From Blastocatellia bacterium (GTDB taxonomy: Bacteria > Acidobacteriota > Blastocatellia > UBA7656): a stretch of 64,000 nucleotides of DNA. Below are positions 1-7,283 of this stretch, in pieces. Both the position numbers and the translations under genes were made by a program. Position 1 is the stretch's first letter. Every line of letters begins with the position of its first letter. The stretch covers positions 576,001-640,000 of the forward strand of contig CAVXWP010000001.1 in NCBI GenBank assembly GCA_963765495.1. The letters run 5' to 3'. The notes below the pieces were generated by a model. The model saw only the letters and a program-made list of their open reading frames with translations. It did not search any database and was not told where the DNA came from.

Positions 1-1221
1 GCCGCGCGAGCCTATGATCGTAACGATCTGCATCAGGGCGATCATATTTACTATGCGATAGGTGGTGCCGTACTTTTTATGTGGTCTGCGAAACCAGTCG
101 GTCAATACCCCGTCTTCCGAGATACGATTCAGCACGCCGTTCGAGCCTATGATGGCCGTGTTTACCGCCCCCGAAAGCATTAGAAAACCCACGATCACGA
201 CGAATGCCTGGAACAGGAGTTTGAGCGATTCCGGGCCTACGAAATTCATCGCGAGCCCCGCGATCAGGTTATCAAGGTATTGCGGTCGGGTCTGGTCAGG
301 GATTAGCGCCACGGCAAAAAATGAGACGAGTGATGTGAATAGCACCGAATAGATAAAGATCACGATGGCGGCGCGTTTGAGGTTTTTCAGCTTCGGATAT
401 TCAAGTTCGCGATTGACCTGCGCAAGCGTCTCTTCTCCGCTCATCGCAAGCAACGAGTGGCCGAAGGCTATTATTATCCCAACCGCCCCCACGATGCTCG
501 GAGAAGCCGAAGCTATCTGATAGCCATCTCCGGTATTTACGAACCATCGCCAGGGCTTGAGCCATCCTAGCGATTCCTCGGAAAAGATCAGATGAGAAGG
601 AATAGGCGAGGGTGGCAAGTGCCCGCCGCGCACAAATAATGTGTAGAGACCCCAGCCGATCATTATTACGACCATCGCCGTAGTCACATACATTATGCGA
701 AGCGCGTCGTTGCTCGATTCGTGAATACCCTTGATGTTGCGCCACCAGAAATAGCCCGTGATGATAAGCGCAAAAAACATCGCCGTATATCCCATTGAAA
801 GCTGGATATTGATGCCGAGTTGCGGCAAAACGGTGTTTGCGAACCCTACGAGATAGAGCCCCGCCGACACGCCCGAGATCGGCCCCGTGAGTATAAAATC
901 GAATATCAGCGTAGATACGCTGAGTTTGGCCATAGTGCCGCCCATCGCTTCTTTGACCACGCGATAGACGCCGCCTCTGGTAAACATCGAGCTTGATTCG
1001 ATGTAGAGGGCGCGCACGGCCAGACTGAAAAGCATCACGGCGAGGATGAACCAGGGAGCGGCCTTGCCCACCGCCTTTTCGGCTATCCCGCCGACATAGA
1101 AGGCCGACGAGCCGAGGTCGTTTAGCACAATGGCCGCCGCTCGCCAAAACGATATAAACGACAGCATCACCGATGTGGCTACAACGATTTTGATTCGCGA
1201 GTGAGGTCTTGACGTACTCAT
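1..1221 (-). CDS. APC family permease (amino acid/cation transporter), 3' end runs off the window
   Basis: Not in the ORF track because there is no stop in the window. Manual translation from ATG 1221 gives MSTSRPHSRIKIVVATSVMLSFISFWRAAAIVLNDLGSSAFYVGGIAEKAVGK..., later MFTRGGVYRVVKEAMG and GEETLAQVNRE; many TM segments. Confidence 0.85.
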   Translation of the reverse strand, partial: MSTSRPHSRIKIVVATSVMLSFISFWRAAAIVLNDLGSSAFYVGGIAEKAVGKAAPWFILAVMLFSLAVRALYIESSSMFTRGGVYRVVKEAMGGTMAKLSVSTLIFDFILTGPISGVSAGLYLVGFANTVLPQLGINIQLSMGYTAMFFALIITGYFWWRNIKGIHESSNDALRIMYVTTAMVVIMIGWGLYTLFVRGGHLPPSPIPSHLIFSEESLGWLKPWRWFVNTGDGYQIASASPSIVGAVGIIIAFGHSLLAMSGEETLAQVNRELEYPKLKNLKRAAIVIFIYSVLFTSLVSFFAVALIPDQTRPQYLDNLIAGLAMNFVGPESLKLLFQAFVVIVGFLMLSGAVNTAIIGSNGVLNRISEDGVLTDWFRRPHKKYGTTYRIVNMIALMQIVTIIGSRG

Positions 1222-1297
1222 AATGAAGTTAAGGATTCAGGGAGTCGAAAGCATAATTTCCAGAAGCGGACAGCCAGGCCATTCATAGTAATTGGAT

Positions 1298-1325
1298 AGC
1301 ATACGCTCTCGGCTCACCTTGTCAA
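1298..1325 (-). promoter_or_regulatory. sigma70-type promoter for the APC permease
   Basis: TTGACA-16 bp-TATGCT on the minus strand, about 75 bp upstream of the ATG. Confidence 0.6.
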
Positions 1326-1337
1326 GGCGAGCAGGCA

Positions 1338-1620
1338 GTGGTCAGCTTCGCAGGGGCCGGGGGCCGGGGGTTGGTGATCTGCGCCCTTTCAAGTCGCTGA
1401 GAAGGCAGCCGCATGAAATTGTGCGATTTGAAAAGGCTCAGAAGGAAGCCGCGTGAAGATGTGCGCCCTGAAAGGGCGCTGGGAAGGTAGCCAGAGGCAA
1501 GCCGAAGGCGCGGCCTCTGGCTACCTTCCTCCGGCCCATCCGGGGCCGGTCTTCATTTACAACTGATCAACACCTACTGATCAACAGCTACTGATCAACG
1601 GCCAAACGGCCACTGACCAC
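1338..1620. repeat. Composite REP-like intergenic element: outer GTGGTCAG/CTGACCAC arms, three degenerate ~40-bp direct repeats, 17-bp perfect stem, 14-bp tandem x3
   Basis: GGAAGGTAGCCAGAGGC 1482-1498 pairs with 1513-1529; GCGCCCT-GAA-AGGGCGC hairpin 1463-1479; ACTGATCAAC x3 near 1562-1600. Confidence 0.75.
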
Positions 1621-3879
1621 TCATATAAACAGCGGGGCCAGCACAAGCGTGATCGTCGAGAGCAGTTTGATCAAGACGTGCAGGCTCGGCCCGGCCGTAT
1701 CCTTGAACGGGTCTCCGACCGTATCGCCCACGACGGCGGCTTTATGCGCCTCGCTGCGCTTGCCGCCGTACATGCCTGTTTCGATGTATTTCTTGGCGTT
1801 GTCCCACGCGCCGCCCCCGTTGTTGAGAAACGTGGCTACGAGTATGCCGGTAATCGTGCCTACCATCAGCATCGCCGCTACCGCCTCAGCGCCGATGCCA
1901 AGCAAGCGAAACACAAGGCCGACGGCTATCGGCATACCGACGGCAAGCACCCCGGGCAAGACCATCTGCCGGAGCGCGCCTCGCGTCACTATGTCAACGC
2001 AGCGGGCATAATCGGGCTGGTCGGTCCCTTCGAGTATGCCGGGCTTTTCCTTAAACTGCCGTCGCACTTCGTTGATCACGGTGTAGGCCGCATTGCCCAC
2101 GGCCTTGATCGCAAAGGCCGAAAACAGAAAAACAAGCATCGCGCCCAACAGCCCGCCCACGAATACTTCGGGCTTGGCCAGATTGACCACGGCTATCTCT
2201 TCGTTTGTGCGGGGGTCGCGCATAAACATAGAGGTCTGTTCGTGCTCGGCAGGGCTTGAGGCAGAGGTTTGCGCTCTCGTCACATCAGAAGCGACAACGG
2301 CGGCAGGCTGCGGCCTTGTGTAGTTGCGAACCTCATCGAGGTAAGCCGAAAACAGAAGGAAGGCCGCAAGCGCAGCCGATCCGATGGCGTATCCTTTAGT
2401 CAGCGCCTTTGTAGTGTTCCCCACCGCATCGAGCCTGTCGGTCTTGGCGCGAATATCATCGGGTTGCCGGCTCATCTCTACGATGCCGCCCGCGTTGTCT
2501 GTGATCGGGCCAAAGGTGTCCATCGCGAGGATATAGGCGGCGGTGCCGAGCATGCCCATAGTCGCGACGGCGGTTCCAAACAGACCCGCGCCCGGTATGC
2601 CCGACATATTGCCCAGATAGTAGGAAGAGACTATGGCAATCGAGATGACGATGACCGGTAAGGCGGTGCATTCGAATGCGATTGCGATTCCGGTGATGAT
2701 ATTTGTAGCCGGTCCCGTCTGCGAGGCTTCTGCGATGGCTCTCACCGGGCCGTATTTGTATTCGGTGTAATATTGTGTGATATAGACGAATGCCACCGAA
2801 GTGGCCAGCCCGACCAGCCCGCAAACGAAAAAGTATATCCACGCGTTTGGCCTCTGCGGGCTGTAAAGTAGCCACCGCGAGCCGATGAGAAACCCTACCG
2901 CTGCAAGCGCGGTCGTGACATAATAACCGCGATTGAGCGCCTTCATCGGGTCGGCGTCTTCCTTAGTGCGCACCATCATCACACCGACTATCGAAGCGAT
3001 CAAACCGAACGCGCGCACGACCAGAGGGAAGAGCATCACGCCCAGCACTCCGTAACCGAAGGGGATGCCCCTTTGAGCGGCGAGCGTAGCAAGCCCCGCT
3101 CCCAGTATCATCGCTCCGATATTTTCTGCGGCGGTCGATTCAAACAGATCAGCGCCGCGACCGGCGCAGTCGCCTACATTGTCGCCCACGAGGTCGGCTA
3201 TGACGGCAGGGTTTCGCGGATCGTCTTCCGGGATGCCCGCCTCAACTTTTCCCACGAGGTCCGCGCCTACGTCTGCCGCCTTTGTGTAGATGCCGCCGCC
3301 CAGTTGCGCAAACAGCGCGACAAACGACGCCCCGAATCCATACCCCACGATCATGTAAGGAATGTCTTTGGGGTTTATGCCCACGACGTAATCCAGCACA
3401 GCATAGAGACCGCCTACGCCGAGCAGACTCATGGCTACGACGAACAGACCCGAAACCGCGCCGCCTCGCATCGCAATTTGCAAGGCGTCGTTGAGCGAAG
3501 TTCGCGCCGCCGAGGCCGTGCGGATGTTTGAACGGATCGAAACGAACATGCCGACGTAACCGGCTATGCCCGAAGAGAGAGCGCCCAGAATAAATGAGAC
3601 GGTCACATAACCGGCGAGCGGCAACGGGTTGACCGGATCGGCCGGGTTATGCGGACGAAGAAAGGCATAGAGCAAAAAGATCACAGCGGCAAAGACTACG
3701 CTCAACAGCCCTATGGTTTTGTACTGTCGTCTGAGAAAGGCTTCGGCACCCTCCTTGATGGCATTAGAGATAAATTGCATTTCCGAGGTGCCCGTGTCTT
3801 TGCTTAACACGTAGGATGTCAGCCAGCCCGCAAACGCTAAGGACAGAAGACTGATTACCAGAACCAGTGTCAGTTCCAT
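1621..3879 (-). CDS. hppA: Membrane-bound pyrophosphatase, probably K+-independent H+-translocating
   Basis: GGGIYTKAADVGADLVGKVE, DNVGDCAG, DTVGDPFKD motifs; GNTTKA has Lys at the K+-dependence site; start MELTLVL at 3879 after AAGAAGAGG. Confidence 0.95.
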   Translation of the reverse strand: MELTLVLVISLLSLAFAGWLTSYVLSKDTGTSEMQFISNAIKEGAEAFLRRQYKTIGLLSVVFAAVIFLLYAFLRPHNPADPVNPLPLAGYVTVSFILGALSSGIAGYVGMFVSIRSNIRTASAARTSLNDALQIAMRGGAVSGLFVVAMSLLGVGGLYAVLDYVVGINPKDIPYMIVGYGFGASFVALFAQLGGGIYTKAADVGADLVGKVEAGIPEDDPRNPAVIADLVGDNVGDCAGRGADLFESTAAENIGAMILGAGLATLAAQRGIPFGYGVLGVMLFPLVVRAFGLIASIVGVMMVRTKEDADPMKALNRGYYVTTALAAVGFLIGSRWLLYSPQRPNAWIYFFVCGLVGLATSVAFVYITQYYTEYKYGPVRAIAEASQTGPATNIITGIAIAFECTALPVIVISIAIVSSYYLGNMSGIPGAGLFGTAVATMGMLGTAAYILAMDTFGPITDNAGGIVEMSRQPDDIRAKTDRLDAVGNTTKALTKGYAIGSAALAAFLLFSAYLDEVRNYTRPQPAAVVASDVTRAQTSASSPAEHEQTSMFMRDPRTNEEIAVVNLAKPEVFVGGLLGAMLVFLFSAFAIKAVGNAAYTVINEVRRQFKEKPGILEGTDQPDYARCVDIVTRGALRQMVLPGVLAVGMPIAVGLVFRLLGIGAEAVAAMLMVGTITGILVATFLNNGGGAWDNAKKYIETGMYGGKRSEAHKAAVVGDTVGDPFKDTAGPSLHVLIKLLSTITLVLAPLFI

Positions 3880-4001
3880 AAATTGTTTAACCTCTTCTTT
3901 GAGACTATTACCGATCAAACGGATCGGAGTGATTACACAAGAATTGAGCGGCCATAACAGTTTCACGAACTGTCCCAGCCACTCCATAGAAAGACGCGCG
4001 A

Positions 4002-4337
4002 TCAGATTGAATAAGGCGGAGCGCGGTCTGCCGACCTTGGGGAGTGAAAGCAAAGAGGCCGCTGATCTAAAGAGATTGTGTGGCGGCCCCCGCAATTGGA
4101 GGGGATAAGGGTACTTTTGAGTGAAGCGGGGGCAACAGGCAACCGCAGCCGTTTCGTATCATTGCGATCCGGGGCCTGCTCTTGCGGGGTTGCCTCGATA
4201 GAAATTTTCGATGAAGCAGAGTGCTGAATGCGAGCCTGATTTCGGGTATAAAATTTCGTCTTTACGGACAAGGCAAGCAACACTATAGCCAACAATGCGC
4301 ACAGACACAGCAGCTTTGCATAGTTCGGTCGCTTCAT
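4002..4337 (-). CDS. Putative leader peptide (111 aa): N-terminal signal/TM segment and C-terminal RAPP arrest motif
   Basis: MKRPNYAKLLCLCALLAIVLLALSV... ending DRAPPYSI*; lies between a predicted promoter and hppA. Confidence 0.7.
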   Translation of the reverse strand: MKRPNYAKLLCLCALLAIVLLALSVKTKFYTRNQARIQHSASSKISIEATPQEQAPDRNDTKRLRLPVAPASLKSTLIPSNCGGRHTISLDQRPLCFHSPRSADRAPPYSI

Positions 4338-4347
4338 AAGAGAAAGC

Positions 4348-4376
4348 AGGATAGCAGTTGAAGAAAACTTAAACAA
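4348..4376 (-). promoter_or_regulatory. sigma70-type promoter for leader ORF-hppA unit
   Basis: TTGTTT-17 bp-TATCCT with extended TG; -10 box ends 10 nt before ATG 4337 (near-leaderless). Confidence 0.5.
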
Positions 4377-4411
4377 GAATTATCAGCTGATAAGTGATGA
4401 GTGATACGTGA

Positions 4412-5212
4412 TCAATTCTCGGGCGGGCGGCTGTATCCGAAGCCTTCGAGCAGCGCCTGTCCCTCATCGCTCAAGATAAACTCGACGAAACGCCCTGCTT
4501 GCTCCTGTTTGCCGGAAGCCTTTATGAGGGCCAGAGCCTGATCTATCGGTTGATGAAGACGCTCGTCTACTTCTATAAAGCGGCCTTCGCCCCGCGAAAC
4601 AAGCGCGAGCGGAATAAAAGCCGCATCGGCGTTGCCCGAGGACGCATACTGTCTGGTCTGCGCTACGTTCTCGCCGTAAACCACTTTAGGTTCGACCGCC
4701 GCCCATAGATTCAGCGCGCGTAAAGTCTCGACCGACGCCTGTCCATAAGGCGCGATGTCGGGCTTTGCGAGGGCTATGATCTTCACATCCGGCCCCGCGA
4801 GGTCTTCGATTCGATTTAGCGCGATGCGGCTTTCAGGCGGCGTCCACACAACCAGTTTGCCCCGCGCATACAGGGCGCGCGTTCCCGGCGCGATCAGCCC
4901 TTTGTCATTGAGTTGATCTACGTGCTCGACATCGGCCGAAGCGAAAACGTCAAACGGAGCGCCGTTTTCAATCTGTTTGGCCAGATTCGCCGTGGATCCG
5001 AAACTATAGGTCACTTTTATGCCCGTGCGTGAAGTGAATTGTTTTCCCAACTCTTCAAATGCATTGGTCAGGTTGGCGGCGGCGGCTACGGTGATTTCCT
5101 GAGCATCGGCCTCGCTCTCAGGTGAATGTGATCCCGAACAGCTTGCCGAAAAGAACAAAAATGCGGGCACGACCAGCGCAAAGAGTCTTCCAAAATTCTT
5201 GAATTGAGCCAT
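4412..5212 (-). CDS. modA: Molybdate ABC transporter substrate-binding lipoprotein
   Basis: ITVAAAANL, FGSTANLAKQIENGAPFDVFASA, APYG, GENVAQT; lipobox-like SASC. Confidence 0.92.
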   Translation of the reverse strand: MAQFKNFGRLFALVVPAFLFFSASCSGSHSPESEADAQEITVAAAANLTNAFEELGKQFTSRTGIKVTYSFGSTANLAKQIENGAPFDVFASADVEHVDQLNDKGLIAPGTRALYARGKLVVWTPPESRIALNRIEDLAGPDVKIIALAKPDIAPYGQASVETLRALNLWAAVEPKVVYGENVAQTRQYASSGNADAAFIPLALVSRGEGRFIEVDERLHQPIDQALALIKASGKQEQAGRFVEFILSDEGQALLEGFGYSRPPEN

Positions 5213-5293
5213 CGAATTTCCCTTTCGCGCTTTGATTTTATATTGCGGCCCTGTAATCTCAAATCTCATATTTGAAACCTAAAATTGAAGCCT

Positions 5294-6145
5294 ATGCTGA
5301 TTGAGAAGATAACCAGTCGACAAAACCCTCTTGTAAAGCGATTCCGGCGCGTCCGCGCAGGCAGCGAGCGTCACATCATCCTGCTTGAAGGCGTGCGCCT
5401 GATCGAAGACGCTTTAGGCGCGGGCGTGCATTTTGAAACCGTAGCCTACAGCCCGGCCCTCGAATCAACCGGCCGGGGACTGGCTCTGCTCGATGCGCTC
5501 GAATCGGTTCCCTGTCGCGGGGCCTTTGTGAGCAAACAGGTCATGGATGCTATATCGGACACCGAAAGCCCTCAGGGAGTGGTCGCTCTCGTCACTCGCC
5601 CGCATTTCGAGCTTGACCAGGCCTTCGCCGGAAAAAAACACCTGATAGTTATAGCCGACCGTCTGCAAGACCCCGGAAACCTTGGAACCATTATTCGCGC
5701 CGCAGAGGCTTCGGGTGCTACGGCCCTCATCACAACCCGTCACACCGTAGACCCTTTCAATCACAAGGCCCTGCGCGCCTCAATGGGTTCGGCGCTACGG
5801 TTGCCCATAGTGACCGATGCCCGGCGCGAAGAGGTTGACGCGCTGTGCCGCAAAAAGAAGATCAAACTCGTCGCCACCCGGCCCGAACACACTCGCCCGC
5901 CCGGCGTTATCGAAGACGCAGCCCTCGTAGAACAGATTCGTATTTACACGGAGTCGGATTTGACCGTTTCACTTGCGCTTATTTTAGGCAGCGAGGCGGA
6001 CGGTCTCTCTAAGGATGCCTCGTCGCGCGCCGACGAATTTGTCCATATTCCGATGGCCCGAGCCGTAGAGTCGCTCAACGTAGCGGCTGCGGCTGCGATA
6101 TTGCTTTACGAAGCGGCCCGGCAGCGCGGCTTCAAATTCGATTAA
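5294..6145 (+). CDS. TrmH/SpoU family RNA 2'-O-methyltransferase
   Basis: ITSRQNP, QDPGNLGTIIR, LGSEADG, IPM..VESLNVA SPOUT motifs. Confidence 0.93.
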   Translation: MLIEKITSRQNPLVKRFRRVRAGSERHIILLEGVRLIEDALGAGVHFETVAYSPALESTGRGLALLDALESVPCRGAFVSKQVMDAISDTESPQGVVALVTRPHFELDQAFAGKKHLIVIADRLQDPGNLGTIIRAAEASGATALITTRHTVDPFNHKALRASMGSALRLPIVTDARREEVDALCRKKKIKLVATRPEHTRPPGVIEDAALVEQIRIYTESDLTVSLALILGSEADGLSKDASSRADEFVHIPMARAVESLNVAAAAAILLYEAARQRGFKFD

Positions 6146-6326
6146 AAGGTGTGTTGAAGAAAGGGGGAGTTGCATTTTTCTTATCTACATCTTGAAAGCT
6201 GAATGGTCTTGCGTCCATCGGTATTATTTACTTCCATCTTCTCAATCGGTGTGGGAAAGCGGTATAATTCTAATCTGACGAGATCGCTTCGACGCGTATT
6301 CCTCAGGAGTATTAGAAGTAATAGCC

Positions 6327-7277
6327 GTGCTTGAGACCTTAGACAAATATATTCAAGAGCAACCCAACCGTGGCGGGCCGTTTTCCGCGCTGTTTGGCGG
6401 TGAGGGGCGTGATCGCCGCTTCTCAAAGATAGTTGTGATGTCGGTTGTGGGACATCTGATCGTTTTGACCGTGATCCTGCAACTCGATTTCTACTCCCTG
6501 CACCCGGACGCACCCGATGGAGGGCGCGAAACAAGCATAATAAAGTTTGTCGACCTTGCGCCGCCGCCTGATCGATTGCCGATGCGCCCCCCGCCCGAAC
6601 CTCCCGAACGCGCCGATCTCAAGAATATGACTTTCGACCCGGAGAACTCCGATGATACTCATCTGATCTCTCGCTCTCGAAACCCCGGCGCTGCGAGCGA
6701 AAAGCCTTCGCTTCCACAGCCGCCAAGACCATCGGTCGCCGAAACTCGGCCCCGAACGGTTTCGTCATCCGAACCCGCGACTCCGCCAAAGGCAAACGCC
6801 ACCCCGCCCGAAGTCTCTGTGGTGGCTCAAACGCCTCCGCCTCAGAATCAGCCCGCGCAGGCTGTGCCTCAGAACTCACCGGCCATAAACCCGCCTCCCG
6901 ACAGCCCCCCGAGTTACACTCAGGGGAGCGCGCGGCGCGGAGAGGGCGACGGAGCGCAGTCGCTTGGGCTTGAGGCGAGCAAGAGCCAGTATATCGCCTA
7001 TGTGCGGTCAAAGATCACCAGGGCAAATGAAAAGATAATCCCGCGCGATTGGATAAAGACCGTATTGACCGACAGGGTATCGGCCGATTTCGTGGTTACG
7101 CTCGGGCGCAACGGCGATATTTTATCCGCTCGTCTGGTCAGGAGATCGGGCTATACCACACTTGACAGCAAAGCCAGAGAAGCTATATACAATGCTAGGC
7201 CTTTCGAAGGCTACCCCCAAAACGCAGACGATACGATGACCATCACGGTGACGGTCTATTATGCCCCCACATGGTGA
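6327..7277 (+). CDS. TonB/TolA-like protein: TM anchor, Pro-rich linker, TonB C-terminal domain
   Basis: S..GH TM motif (SVVGHLIV), Pro-rich middle, C-terminal SGYTTLD..A.EAI..ARPF. Confidence 0.8.
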   Translation: MLETLDKYIQEQPNRGGPFSALFGGEGRDRRFSKIVVMSVVGHLIVLTVILQLDFYSLHPDAPDGGRETSIIKFVDLAPPPDRLPMRPPPEPPERADLKNMTFDPENSDDTHLISRSRNPGAASEKPSLPQPPRPSVAETRPRTVSSSEPATPPKANATPPEVSVVAQTPPPQNQPAQAVPQNSPAINPPPDSPPSYTQGSARRGEGDGAQSLGLEASKSQYIAYVRSKITRANEKIIPRDWIKTVLTDRVSADFVVTLGRNGDILSARLVRRSGYTTLDSKAREAIYNARPFEGYPQNADDTMTITVTVYYAPTW

Positions 7278-7283
7278 ATTTCT

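Noticed and set aside
401-1147. 248-aa minus-strand ORF in the track
   Set aside because: Out-of-frame shadow of the real APC permease, which starts at 1221 in another frame.
1375-1495. Three ~40-bp repeats as a possible CRISPR array
   Set aside because: Units are adjacent and degenerate with no unique spacers, and there are no cas genes in the window.
3880-4095. N-terminal extension of HppA to 4095 (similar extensions at 18390, 19224, 28030, 52153, 59724)
   Set aside because: Longest-ORF artefacts: the extensions run through repeats or neighbouring genes, and better starts lie downstream.
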